Origin: an uncultured Candidatus Saccharibacteria bacterium
GTDB taxonomy: Bacteria > Patescibacteriota > Minisyncoccia > Phycocordibacterales > UBA9973
Direction of reading: 5' to 3'
Length of the DNA stretch: 64,000 bases
Assembly: GCA_964591665.1 (NCBI GenBank)
Contig: CAZQCV010000001.1
Location: 178-64,177 of the forward strand
Shown one piece after another: positions 29,285-39,508 of this stretch. The notes under the pieces were generated by a model. That model worked only from the letters and a program-made list of their open reading frames with translations. It made no database searches and was not told the DNA's origin. Position 1 is the stretch's first letter, and every line of letters starts with the position of its first letter. Made by a program: the position numbers and the translations under genes.

Positions 29285-30556
29285 TTATCGCCATGTCGTC
29301 TCACGAGACAAGAGCGTATTATATAAAGCTTTTAAAAACCAGAATGGCCCGACCACACTGTAAATAAACAAGAAATAAACAAAAGAAATATTCGGAAGTG
29401 GTTGTTTTTGCCGCATACGCATACCGGCCAACACCATACCGAAGACACTAATAGTAAGCAGTATAGTAATAAAAGTCAACGGTCGTGTATCAATAAAAAA
29501 TGGATCTATGACAAGCCGAGAAGACAAAGACGGAACAAAGAAATCAGTAACAAGTAGTTGTTGTGCATATTTTATGACACGAGAAATAATACTGATACTT
29601 GAAATAATAAAAAAGATAATAACAGATAGAGCTCCTAGTGTTCCCCAGGGGACGGTAAACATAGAAAATGTACCGTATTCTTTTTTAAATAGATACTTGC
29701 GATAATCAATTGTGTTATTGATAAATCCATACATCCAACGAAGTTGTTGCTTGAACAGTGTCTTGAGTGTTTTAGGAACAACCGTATATACAAAAGCATC
29801 ATGACACTGGGCAATCTTCATCTTGTTAGTTTGCATACGATATGCGATTTCCATATCTTCAGTATTGTGTGCTTTTCGATATAATCCAATCTTTTCAAAA
29901 ACCTCACGTCGGTAAAATGAAAACGGTCCTGGGGTAACATGAATACCATTTATCATACCGAGTAGTTTTTTAATAAACACCGCCATATCATATTGGACAT
30001 TTTGAGCCTTTTGGATGAAATTATCTGGTTTATAGGCAAGAATTGAAGGAGAAACAGCCATAACCGTAGGGTCATCAAAATGCACCATTATCTTTTTGAG
30101 CGCATCTGGTTCTGTAAAAGCATCAGCGTCCAGACAACCGATGAAAGGTGTTTTTGAGTTTTGGATACCAATATTCATAGCAGTATGTTTACCACCGTTT
30201 TCTTTTCGAATCATCTCAATTTGCGGGACACCTGCAAACTTTTGCATTTCATTCCAAGTAGTATCTTCACTACCATCGTCAACAAGTAAGATATGCAGCT
30301 TATCCTTAGGATAATCGAGTGATAGTAAGGATTCAACAGTCTTTGCAACAGTTTTCTCCTCATTCCAACAAGGGACAACAATCGTAACCGGTGGTAACAA
30401 ATCAGTGTCGTGGTGAACATCTGTAGGAACAATACCCTTTCTTTTTTCAAGAAATGTAAGCAGTAAAAAGACCTGAACATACATTGCACAGAAAGAAAAA
30501 AAGAAGAAAATTGATGAACTAAAAGTCTCCATATGGCACAAATGCCCGTAGGGCAA
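29285..30556 (-). CDS. family-2 glycosyltransferase (processive, membrane-embedded type)
   Basis: VTIVVPCWNEE, a DxD motif (VDDGSED), and Q..RW (QQLRWMYG), with multiple C-terminal TM helices. Confidence 0.75.
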   Translation of the reverse strand: MPYGHLCHMETFSSSIFFFFSFCAMYVQVFLLLTFLEKRKGIVPTDVHHDTDLLPPVTIVVPCWNEEKTVAKTVESLLSLDYPKDKLHILLVDDGSEDTTWNEMQKFAGVPQIEMIRKENGGKHTAMNIGIQNSKTPFIGCLDADAFTEPDALKKIMVHFDDPTVMAVSPSILAYKPDNFIQKAQNVQYDMAVFIKKLLGMINGIHVTPGPFSFYRREVFEKIGLYRKAHNTEDMEIAYRMQTNKMKIAQCHDAFVYTVVPKTLKTLFKQQLRWMYGFINNTIDYRKYLFKKEYGTFSMFTVPWGTLGALSVIIFFIISSISIISRVIKYAQQLLVTDFFVPSLSSRLVIDPFFIDTRPLTFITILLTISVFGMVLAGMRMRQKQPLPNISFVYFLFIYSVVGPFWFLKALYNTLLSRETTWR

Positions 30557-30661
30557 GGTGTTTGTATCATAACATATTTTACAGGCTACGGCAACAAACT
30601 TTTTCGGGTAGTTTTTGATATACTAAATCCATACAAGGTAAATATATAAAAACATACACCT

Positions 30662-31417
30662 ATGGAACATACAGAGACAACACATGTACATAAGCAGAAA
30701 ACGAGCTTAAATATACCAGGAGCAATTATTATCGCTGGTATCATTGTAGCTCTAGCGATCTTTGCAAGCAAAATGCCTTTTTCGAAAAATGCAACAAATG
30801 AACCACTCAAAGATCCAGAATTACTCGCACAGGTGAGCGGCATCCTTTCTGATCCAGTCCAAGTAGATGCACGCCCTATTGATGAGCAAGATTTTATTCG
30901 TGGAGATAAAAACGCACCACTTACATTCATAGAGTACTCTGATACTGAATGTCCATTTTGTAAAAGATTCCACATAGTGATGAATATGATCATGGCTGAC
31001 TTGCCTGGTAAAGTTAAACTAGTATATCGACATTTCCCACTTGATGGCTTACACAAACAAGCTCGAGAGGAAGCACTCGCAACAGAATGTGCAGCAGCAC
31101 AAGGAGGAAATGATGCGTTCTGGAAATATACTGATGAGATATTTAAGAGAACTAAATCAAATGACGGTTTGGATCTTGCAGAACTTCCAAAGATCGCACA
31201 ATCAACGGGTTTAAATGTCGATACCTTTAACACATGTATGGCGGATAAGAAACTTGCGGAGAATGTACAGGCGGATGCTGAAGATGGTAGTAAAATCGGT
31301 GTCACTGGTACTCCATACACACTTATCATCACAAAAGACGGTAGACAATACGCGGTTGAAGGATATCGATCATATAGTGTAATTAAAGAAGTCATTCGAC
31401 AACTCACAGAAAAATAA
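30662..31417 (+). CDS. DsbA-family thiol:disulfide oxidoreductase
   Basis: N-terminal TM anchor, a CPFC active-site motif (ECPFCKRFH), and the DsbA-like alpha-helical insertion. Confidence 0.7.
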   Translation: MEHTETTHVHKQKTSLNIPGAIIIAGIIVALAIFASKMPFSKNATNEPLKDPELLAQVSGILSDPVQVDARPIDEQDFIRGDKNAPLTFIEYSDTECPFCKRFHIVMNMIMADLPGKVKLVYRHFPLDGLHKQAREEALATECAAAQGGNDAFWKYTDEIFKRTKSNDGLDLAELPKIAQSTGLNVDTFNTCMADKKLAENVQADAEDGSKIGVTGTPYTLIITKDGRQYAVEGYRSYSVIKEVIRQLTEK

Positions 31418-31478
31418 GTTGGTACATAAAAAGAAGCCATCCGTTATATTCGGATGGCTTTTGTTATATTAAGTGTGA

Positions 31479-32507
31479 TTATCCTTTTTCTGAGAAATCA
31501 ACACCTGCTATTTTTACAAAAGAATAATTATTTCTTTCTTTCGATGCAGTATGTATAATTTTCTCTTGAGAAGAATGAACCTTGTTTCGATGCTGAAACA
31601 CGAAATCAGATAAATTCGGCCTTGTTGCCATTTGCCGGTCAACCAAAGCGTGTACCTGGTAAGGATCTCTTACATCAGTAATTTCAATAAAATTATACTG
31701 ATTTAATAAAAACACGGACAGTTCTTGGTATTTTTCCTGCATCCATAACTCAAAGCTTTGGTGTAAAACCTGGAGAGAATTAGACGTATTTCCTGTCTTA
31801 TTCCTAATTACCTCGTGCAAATTTTTTGCATATGATTTTATCAAAGCGAAATCTTTGAAGTAATTAGTGATAGTTTGAATATCATTCTTTTGATTTTCTA
31901 AGTTGCACCAATCTCTTATCTTTGTCATAGATTGCAGTGTTTGGTTTTTAAAGAAAAACATACTTAAATACGAAACAAAGTCATTTAAGACAAAGTCTCT
32001 CCAAATATGTTTATTCTTTATTTTTTTTACCGAATCAAACGGAACACTAGCGGTCAGAGAATTAATCTCATCATCAGCACCAGAGACAGACAAATCAACT
32101 TTATTGGGCAAAGTGGCAGACTGGACAAAACCAGTTAGCACGTTTTTGGAAAATAAAGAATATATTTTTATGTCTTCCATCAAAAGTCCTGGGACCAGTG
32201 ATAGTAAACCTGGTTTAAACCTTTTGACTGGGGTATTTTTTTCAAAAAATTCCACTGTTTCGAATCCTTTCATATTGTAAAAAAAAGATTCGACCTCAAG
32301 CCTTTTGGGGCGTAATGTTAGTACGACCCAGTCGTGCAAAAAGATATCAGAATACTTTTGCGTCATGTAGACTGGCAGAGAATAGAAGTCTAGACTGCTT
32401 TCTTCAGTTTGTAAAACGGTAACCGTAAGATTTTTTTTGCTTAAGTTTTGAGCCAAATAGAACGCTAGTGGTGTGTTACCTACCAAGATGATTTTTACTG
32501 ATTTCAT
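31479..32507 (-). CDS. hypothetical protein with N-terminal Rossmann-like segment
   Basis: KIILVGNTPLAFYLAQNL resembles a dinucleotide-binding loop. The rest is unrecognised. Confidence 0.4.
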   Translation of the reverse strand: MKSVKIILVGNTPLAFYLAQNLSKKNLTVTVLQTEESSLDFYSLPVYMTQKYSDIFLHDWVVLTLRPKRLEVESFFYNMKGFETVEFFEKNTPVKRFKPGLLSLVPGLLMEDIKIYSLFSKNVLTGFVQSATLPNKVDLSVSGADDEINSLTASVPFDSVKKIKNKHIWRDFVLNDFVSYLSMFFFKNQTLQSMTKIRDWCNLENQKNDIQTITNYFKDFALIKSYAKNLHEVIRNKTGNTSNSLQVLHQSFELWMQEKYQELSVFLLNQYNFIEITDVRDPYQVHALVDRQMATRPNLSDFVFQHRNKVHSSQEKIIHTASKERNNYSFVKIAGVDFSEKG

Positions 32508-32549
32508 GTTAATTTTTTTATTGGTTAGAAAATTTATTTATTTTTTAAA

Positions 32550-32586
32550 GAAAAAGAGCTCTTCGGAGTGAAGAGCTCTTTTTTGT
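32550..32586. terminator. bidirectional rho-independent terminator
   Basis: Stem agagctcttc/gaagagctct, loop ggagtg, flanked by A-run and T-run. Confidence 0.55.
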
Positions 32587-32605
32587 GTACTTAACTCAGG
32601 TAATT

Positions 32606-32674
32606 ACACAAAAGACAACCCTCCACGTAGTGTGCGGAAGAAGTAGAAAGGACGAGGATACTTCTGGGTTGTCT
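32606..32674 (-). terminator. rpoD terminator (long hairpin followed by TTTTGTG on the minus strand)
   Basis: agacaaccc at 32613-32621 pairs with gggttgtct at 32666-32674. On the minus strand the hairpin is followed by ttttgtg, about 45 nt after the rpoD stop. Confidence 0.45.
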
Positions 32675-32718
32675 TATTCATATAGTAGTACTATAGCACA
32701 CTGGTTTAAATGTGCAAG

Positions 32719-34098
32719 TTAGTCAAAGTAATTTTTAAGGCGCTGGATTTTTTCATTGTTTCGGAGCTTTTCATGGACTTTCGCTTCAATCTGACGAATA
32801 CGTTCACGAGTAACACCGAACTCAGTACCTACTTCTTCAAGTGTATGTTGTACACCATCAAGTAAACCATAGCGAAGTTCTAGAATCTTTTGTTCTTTGG
32901 GTGAAAGTTCTGATAACACCTCACGGATCTGATCTTGGAGAATACGTCGAGACGATTCTTGGTCAGGCCGTAAAATTTTGTCATCAGCGATGAACTCACC
33001 ACGTGTTGACTTCTCATCATCGTCACCTATTGGTTGCTCAAGAGACACGGTATCCTGATTTATATTTTCGATGATATGAACCTTTTCAACTTCAATACCC
33101 ATTTCAGTTGCTATCTCTTCTGGAAGTGGATCACGACCGAGATCTTGTGCAAGTCTGCGGTGTACCTGTTTATATTTTGAAATGGTCTCTACCATGTGCA
33201 CCGGAATACGAATGGTTCGTGATTGATCGGCAAGTGCACGTGTGATAGATTGTCTGATCCACCAGGTCGCATATGTTGAGAACTTGTACCCTTTTGTCCA
33301 ATCGAACTTCTCAACCGCTTTAAAGAGACCAAGATTACCTTCTTGAATCAGATCAAGTAAAGTAAGGTCAGAACTACGACCTACATACTTTTTAGCAATA
33401 GAAACTACAAGACGTAGGTTCGCACGAGCAAGAAGGTTTTTTGCCTCTAAATCCCCTTCTGTAATACGTTTCGCAAGAGAGCGTTCTTCTGCTGCGTTAA
33501 TAAGACTATATTGACCGATCTCCTTCAGATAAATCTGAATTGAATCATACATACTTTGATCTTTACCCAAACGAGGATCGGTTTTTTTGTCCACTTCAAT
33601 ATCAAGCAAGTTTCCACCTTCAAGAACGTCGACACCCGCCACTGACATTTTTTCGTATAGTTCATCCAAAAAAAATACATCATCTTCAATCTGCGGGAAC
33701 ATCTTGAGAATCTCATCATAAGTAACAAACCCTCGCTTTTTACCTTTTGCGATAAGTTCGTCTGCACGTTTATTGAGGTCAACACTTTTTTGCTCTTTCT
33801 TAGAAAGCTTTTTTTGCTTCTCTGGAACAACTTTAAGTGGTTTTTTCCCCACGACCTTCGCAACCGACTTCTTTGGGGAAGGTTTTTGTTTTGGAAGCAA
33901 TGCTTTTCGTTTCGTAATAAGTTTAGAAACTGGTTTCTTTGCAACTACTTTCTTTACTACTTTTTTAATCACTGAAGCTTTTTTTACAGCTTTCTTAACA
34001 ACCTTTTTAAGCACTTTTTTCTTAACAACCGGAACAACCTTCTTCTTTACAGGAAGTGTTTTTTTTACGGATTTTTTTGCTGGTTTCTTGTTTGCCAT
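32719..34098 (-). CDS. rpoD: RNA polymerase sigma-70 factor RpoD with a Lys/Val-rich low-complexity N-terminal extension
   Basis: Regions 1.2, 2, 3 and 4 are present (e.g. [35 protein letters not shown]). The N-terminal ~110 aa is [10 protein letters not shown]-type repeats. Confidence 0.9.
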   Translation of the reverse strand: MANKKPAKKSVKKTLPVKKKVVPVVKKKVLKKVVKKAVKKASVIKKVVKKVVAKKPVSKLITKRKALLPKQKPSPKKSVAKVVGKKPLKVVPEKQKKLSKKEQKSVDLNKRADELIAKGKKRGFVTYDEILKMFPQIEDDVFFLDELYEKMSVAGVDVLEGGNLLDIEVDKKTDPRLGKDQSMYDSIQIYLKEIGQYSLINAAEERSLAKRITEGDLEAKNLLARANLRLVVSIAKKYVGRSSDLTLLDLIQEGNLGLFKAVEKFDWTKGYKFSTYATWWIRQSITRALADQSRTIRIPVHMVETISKYKQVHRRLAQDLGRDPLPEEIATEMGIEVEKVHIIENINQDTVSLEQPIGDDDEKSTRGEFIADDKILRPDQESSRRILQDQIREVLSELSPKEQKILELRYGLLDGVQHTLEEVGTEFGVTRERIRQIEAKVHEKLRNNEKIQRLKNYFD

Positions 34099-34118
34099 AT
34101 ACTATAGATATACACTAT

Positions 34119-35834
34119 TTACTCTAATGATTCAAGAAGTCGACGTTTTTCTTGAAATGCTTTCATTAATTCTGTAACCGGTAGACCTGCTTTTTCAGCA
34201 TGTGCAATTTTATCTTTCAAATCTCTAAGCGCTTCGGCAACTACCATTTTCTCGACATCTTTGAGCAAATTGAGATGATACAGATTTTTATCTTTTATGC
34301 TTTCATGCATAAGTTCAATCTTGAATAAAAGTTCTTCTTTATGTTCTTCGATATCTTCTAAAACTTTCTGATATCGTTCCTCCCCGAGAGTCGTCTTGAT
34401 TGTTTCATTGAGAGAGCGCGAATGTTCATCATTGTATAACATGAGTGATCCTATAAGTTCTTTTGCAGGAGAAAATGTTTGATGGTTTTCTTGTTTATAA
34501 ACAAGAGTTTTATTTTCTAAAGATTTATTTTTTAAATATTCAGACACGAGATCACGGATTGAGTTTTCGTCTAAATCCGCACTACGTGATATCTCTTGGA
34601 TATAGTAGTCACGGTCAAGTGGATTTCTAAGACATGCAACAAGCGGGATGACTCTTTCTGTTATATATCTTCCTCGTTCAAGTTGATTTTTTGTCTCTCG
34701 TTGGGCCCTTTCTGTAAAGAATAATATAAGTGGCTGCGTCTGTTTGAGTAGTTCTTTCCATACATTTGGATCCTGTGAAATAATATCAGCGGGATCTTTT
34801 AATGATGAGATCGGCACAACTTTTACATCAAAACCAGTTCTTAGTGCAATGCTCCCACCACGATATGTTGCCATGACTCCAGCCTTATCGCCATCAAAAG
34901 CAAAGACTACCTTAGGTGCAAGACGAAACAAGTACGACAACGCTTGTGGATGGTCTCCTGTTTCTGACAGAGCAGTACCTGAGGACGCAACAGTGTTTGT
35001 AATACCCGCCTGATGTGACAGAATAAGATCAAGTTGTCCTTCAACAAGGATACTGTACCCTTTTGATCTAACAGCTTCTTTAGCTTTATCTATACCATAC
35101 AGCAACTCAGATTTCTTGAAAAGAATCGTTTCTGGGCTGTTTAAATATTTAGCCGCCTGTGGATCTTCTTGAAGAATACGCCCAGAAAAACCTATCACAC
35201 GTGCGCTTGCATCCATAATGGGAAACATAATTCTTCCACGAAATCTATCATATGTCCTACCATCGTGTTCTTTTATAAGACCAGCTTGAAGTAACACTGA
35301 TTTCGTATACCCTTCTTTTTGCAGAGTATCAGATAGCGCTTGCCACGATACGGGAGCATATCCAATACGAAAAGAGGAAATAGTTTCTTTCGTGACACCG
35401 CGTTTTTCTAAATACTGAGGTGCTTCTGGGAAAAGCCTAAATTGCTCCTCAAAAAATACTGTCGCTCGTTCGAGAGCTCGGTATAACATTTCTTTTTCAT
35501 CTTTAGAAACACTATCACCGCTCGCGCCTTGTAATTTGACTCCTGCCTTATCTGCGAGAAACTTAAGCGCACCTTTGAAATCTAGAACTTCCAAATGTTC
35601 AGTGAGAGAAAAGATATCTCCTTTCGCACCACAACCAAAACAATAATAATTACCACGATCTGGTGAGATAAAAAACGACGGGGTCTTCTCATTATGGAAA
35701 GGACAACACGCTCGATAACTAGATCCAGAGCGTTCAAGCTTCAGATATGATCCCGCAATATCAACAATTGATAATTTTTGTTTTATTATTTCAGTATCAG
35801 TCATATGGCGTAATGAGTGACATTCTAAAGCCAT
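34119..35834 (-). CDS. dnaG: DNA primase
   Basis: Zinc-binding domain CCPFHNEKTPSF...YYCFGCGAKGD, a TOPRIM region (EGQLDLIL, DGDKAG). The start is probably the internal MTDTEII. Confidence 0.9.
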   Translation of the reverse strand: MALECHSLRHMTDTEIIKQKLSIVDIAGSYLKLERSGSSYRACCPFHNEKTPSFFISPDRGNYYCFGCGAKGDIFSLTEHLEVLDFKGALKFLADKAGVKLQGASGDSVSKDEKEMLYRALERATVFFEEQFRLFPEAPQYLEKRGVTKETISSFRIGYAPVSWQALSDTLQKEGYTKSVLLQAGLIKEHDGRTYDRFRGRIMFPIMDASARVIGFSGRILQEDPQAAKYLNSPETILFKKSELLYGIDKAKEAVRSKGYSILVEGQLDLILSHQAGITNTVASSGTALSETGDHPQALSYLFRLAPKVVFAFDGDKAGVMATYRGGSIALRTGFDVKVVPISSLKDPADIISQDPNVWKELLKQTQPLILFFTERAQRETKNQLERGRYITERVIPLVACLRNPLDRDYYIQEISRSADLDENSIRDLVSEYLKNKSLENKTLVYKQENHQTFSPAKELIGSLMLYNDEHSRSLNETIKTTLGEERYQKVLEDIEEHKEELLFKIELMHESIKDKNLYHLNLLKDVEKMVVAEALRDLKDKIAHAEKAGLPVTELMKAFQEKRRLLESLE

Positions 35835-35863
35835 GAGAATTCCCCATGGCCTTAGATGTGTAC

Positions 35864-38800
35864 TTATTTACTGTCTTTTGATTCTATTTCAGAATCTTCT
35901 TTTTCTTCACGGAAACCAGTACCCGCTGGTATCAAACGTCCGATAATAACATTTTCTTTAAGACCACGGAGCTTATCTACACCACCACGGATAGCATTAT
36001 TGATTAGAACACGGTTTGTATTTTGGAAAGAAGCAGCTGAAAGCCAACTTTTTGTAGAGAGAGAAACATCAGAGATTCCAAGTACAATAGTTTCTGCTTT
36101 TGCTGGTTCACCTTGTTCTTCTGTCGCAACACGTTCATTTTCTTCAATAAGTTCAACAGACTCAATGATCTCACCAGGAGAAAATTGTGTATCACCTGGG
36201 TGTTTTACACGCTTACGTGAGAACATCTGGCGAATAATAATCTCTGTATGTTTTCGAGCAATAGATGCACCTTGAAGTTCATATACCTTGTTAATTTCAC
36301 GAATGATGTACTCTTCTGCGAGTTCCTTACTTCCATATTTGAATATTTCAGCAATATCAGCAGAACCATCAGTGAGTAGTTGCCCTTTTGTGATAGTATC
36401 ACCAACTTTTACTAGTGGTGTACGTCGGTATTGTACAAGATACTCTTCTTGGTTTGACTTTCCATCCATCTTTGAATCATTGAGCACAACAATGACTTTT
36501 TCTTTAGCAGTTGCTTTGATTTCTATGACAGTACCATCTGCTTTTGCAACAACTGCTGGGTTTTTTGGAGTTCGTTTTTCAAAAATTTCTTCAATACGTG
36601 GAAGACCTTGTGTAATATCCACACCTGCAACACCACCTGCGTGGAATGTTCGGAGTGTCAACTGCGTACCAGGTTCACCGATAGCTTGAGCTGCAATAAT
36701 ACCCACTGCCTCACCAGGTCGAACAAGGTGATCACGTCCAAGGTCGAGACCATAACACTGACGACACATACCATGAAGTGTTGTACAGGTTAGTGGAGTT
36801 CGTACGAATACTTTTTCAATACCAAGGCCTTCAATCTTGCGAGCTTCATGCTTGGTAACAAGAAATCCTTTTTTATACAGTACATTCCCTTGTGCATCTT
36901 TAATATCAGCAGCAAGCACACGACCACGGATATTTTTAGAGAGTGGAATATCTATACCGAGAACGTTATCGCGAGTCATCCACTTTCCTTCTTTAGTTCC
37001 ACAATCTTCTTCAGTGATTGTTACATCTTGTGCCACATCAACAAGACGACGTGTAAGATACCCAGCTTTTGCAGTATTAAGAGCCGTGTCAGCGAGACCT
37101 TTACGTGAACCGTGAGTAGTAATAAAGTACTCAATCGGAGAAAGACCTTCTTTATATGATGGGATAACAGGGAAATCAAGCGTCTGACCTTGTGTGTTTA
37201 CAATAAGACCTTTCATACCAGCCATCTGCGTGATATTACCAATAGAACCACGAGCACCTGACATTACCATGTCATGAACAGGGCCCATTGTGTCGAGTGT
37301 TGCCGGAATAAGTTTTTCAATTTCTCCTTTTTTCTTTTCCCAGATTTCAATTACTTTTTGGTAGCGTTCATCTTCAGAGAGTAAACCATCATTAAACTGC
37401 GCAATAACCTCTGCTTCTTCTTTTCGTCCTTCTTTTACGATTGCTGGTTTACCTTCTGGAATAGTCACGTTATCGATACCCCAAGTAACACCTGATTTTG
37501 TCGCATATCGATACCCAAATGCTTTAATTTTATCAAGTACAGGCGGCGTTGCGTCAATACCATAGTTGAAAATAATTTCATCAATCAATGCTGAAAGACG
37601 TTTTTGATTCATTTCTTCGTTAATATAGGTAAAGTCTGATGGAAGAATACTGTTAAACAATAAACGACCGACAGTTGTCTCAAATGGCTTACCTTCAAAG
37701 TGCGCATATTTAGGAGTATCTGTACCAAGTACGTGAATCTTTGCACGATATGATACGACACCAAAATCATACGCAGTGATCGCCTGATTTGGGGATGAGA
37801 ACATTCTTCCCTCACCAAGTTCACCAGGAACATTCTTTGTCATCCAGTAACAACCAAGAGTAATATCAAGAAGCTTAGATGACACAATTGGTTCACCATT
37901 TTGAGGCTTTAAGATATTTTTATTTGCCGCCATGAGTGTATCGGCTTCTCCTTGTGCTGCATCTGAAAGTGGAACATACACGGCCATTTGGTCACCGTCA
38001 AAGTCTGCGTTAAAGGCAGTACATACAAGTGGGTGAAGTTGGATAGCATTACCTTCAATCAAAATAGGGTGGAACGCTTGGATACCTAGTCGGTGAAGTG
38101 TTGGTGCACGGTTAAGCAGCACATACTTCCCTTCAATTACTTTTTCAAGAATCGCCCAGACTTCAGGAATACCTTCTTCAATGAGTTTGTTTGCTCCACG
38201 GATATTAAACGCAAGTTCTTGTGCAATTACCTTTGAGATAACAAATGGTCGGAAAAGTTCAAGCGCCATATGTTTCGGAAGACCACACTGATTGAGTTTA
38301 AGATTTGGACCAACCACGATTACAGAACGTCCAGAATAGTCTACTCGTTTACCGAGCAAGTTCTGACGGAAGAGACCTTGTTTTGATTTCAAGTTATCAG
38401 AGAGAGACTTAAGCGCTCGACGTTGTGACTGACTCATTGCTTGTGAGTCACTTTGACTTGCGATTGAGTTATCAAGAAGCGCATCAACAGCTTCTTGGAG
38501 AATACGTTTTTCGTTACGGAGGATCACATCAGGCGCACCGATTTCTTTGAGTTTTTTGAGACGATTGTTTCGGTTGATCACACGACGATAAAGATCATTA
38601 AGATCAGACGTTGCATGTCGTCCACCATCAAGCGCAACCATCGGACGAAGCGCTGGAGGAATTACAGGAATCACAGTCAAAAACATCCATTCAGGGCGAA
38701 TATGAGAGTGAATCATCGAACGAATAAGTGCGAGACGCTTCTCAAGTTTTTCACGCTCAAGAGAACTTGCTTTCTCAAGCAATTTTTCTGTATTTTCTTG

Positions 38801-39490
38801 GAGTTTAGCAAGATCAAGATTTTTGAAGAGTGTATAGATTGCCTCTGCACCGATCGCTGCTTCGAATGCAGCACCGTATTTCAAACTAAAGTGATGATAC
38901 TGGATTTCATTGAGAACTTTACCTTCATACAGATCAGTAATTTCTTTTTTTGTATTAGCAAGAAGGTCGCGAAGTTTTTCACGAGTTTCTTCATCTTGTG
39001 CTGACTTCATTTTACTCTTATATTCAGATTCAAGATTTGAAATGATAGTTTCTTTTTCGTCTTCATGAACACGAGTAATGATGTATCCTGCAAAGTAAAT
39101 AACTTTTTCAAGATCAGTAAGTGTCATATTCATAAGAATAGACATACGTGATGGTACACCACGAAGGAACCAAATATGCGCAACAGGTGAAGCCAGTTCA
39201 ATATGCCCCATACGTTCACGGCGAACAATAGAACGTGTTACCTCAACACCACATTTTTCACAAATAATATCTTTGTAGCGGATACGTCGATATTTACCAC
39301 AGTAACATTCGTAGTCTTTTTCTGGACCGAATACACGTTCGTCAAATAAACCACCACGTTCTGAACGACCCGTTCGATAGTTAATAGTTTCTGGTTTTTG
39401 AACTTCACCGTATGACCAATCGCGAATACGATCAGGAGACGCGAGTTTGAGTATAATTTCGTCAAAATGACTTGTATCAATTGTTTTCAT
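35864..39490 (-). CDS. rpoC: DNA-directed RNA polymerase subunit beta'
   Basis: NADFDGDQMAV catalytic motif and zinc-finger Cys residues. 1208 aa. Confidence 0.97.
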   Translation of the reverse strand: MKTIDTSHFDEIILKLASPDRIRDWSYGEVQKPETINYRTGRSERGGLFDERVFGPEKDYECYCGKYRRIRYKDIICEKCGVEVTRSIVRRERMGHIELASPVAHIWFLRGVPSRMSILMNMTLTDLEKVIYFAGYIITRVHEDEKETIISNLESEYKSKMKSAQDEETREKLRDLLANTKKEITDLYEGKVLNEIQYHHFSLKYGAAFEAAIGAEAIYTLFKNLDLAKLQENTEKLLEKASSLEREKLEKRLALIRSMIHSHIRPEWMFLTVIPVIPPALRPMVALDGGRHATSDLNDLYRRVINRNNRLKKLKEIGAPDVILRNEKRILQEAVDALLDNSIASQSDSQAMSQSQRRALKSLSDNLKSKQGLFRQNLLGKRVDYSGRSVIVVGPNLKLNQCGLPKHMALELFRPFVISKVIAQELAFNIRGANKLIEEGIPEVWAILEKVIEGKYVLLNRAPTLHRLGIQAFHPILIEGNAIQLHPLVCTAFNADFDGDQMAVYVPLSDAAQGEADTLMAANKNILKPQNGEPIVSSKLLDITLGCYWMTKNVPGELGEGRMFSSPNQAITAYDFGVVSYRAKIHVLGTDTPKYAHFEGKPFETTVGRLLFNSILPSDFTYINEEMNQKRLSALIDEIIFNYGIDATPPVLDKIKAFGYRYATKSGVTWGIDNVTIPEGKPAIVKEGRKEEAEVIAQFNDGLLSEDERYQKVIEIWEKKKGEIEKLIPATLDTMGPVHDMVMSGARGSIGNITQMAGMKGLIVNTQGQTLDFPVIPSYKEGLSPIEYFITTHGSRKGLADTALNTAKAGYLTRRLVDVAQDVTITEEDCGTKEGKWMTRDNVLGIDIPLSKNIRGRVLAADIKDAQGNVLYKKGFLVTKHEARKIEGLGIEKVFVRTPLTCTTLHGMCRQCYGLDLGRDHLVRPGEAVGIIAAQAIGEPGTQLTLRTFHAGGVAGVDITQGLPRIEEIFEKRTPKNPAVVAKADGTVIEIKATAKEKVIVVLNDSKMDGKSNQEEYLVQYRRTPLVKVGDTITKGQLLTDGSADIAEIFKYGSKELAEEYIIREINKVYELQGASIARKHTEIIIRQMFSRKRVKHPGDTQFSPGEIIESVELIEENERVATEEQGEPAKAETIVLGISDVSLSTKSWLSAASFQNTNRVLINNAIRGGVDKLRGLKENVIIGRLIPAGTGFREEKEDSEIESKDSK

Positions 39491-39508
39491 AAATTAGTAT
39501 TTTAATTA

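Noticed and set aside
30586-31440. 284-aa ORF on the minus strand
   Set aside because: It lies entirely antisense to the well-supported DsbA gene (CPFC motif). Its product is low-complexity Cys/Ser/Phe-rich, so it is almost certainly spurious.
33525-34177. Several 60-140-aa ORFs on both strands overlapping the 5' end of rpoD
   Set aside because: They are artefacts of the Lys-codon (AAR/TTY) repeat region encoding the RpoD N-terminal tail, and give low-complexity F/L or K/R translations.
38495-39004. 169-aa ORF on the plus strand inside rpoC, and similar 80-130-aa ORFs inside rpoB, uvrA and uvrB
   Set aside because: They are antisense to highly conserved genes, and their translations are compositionally biased with no motifs.
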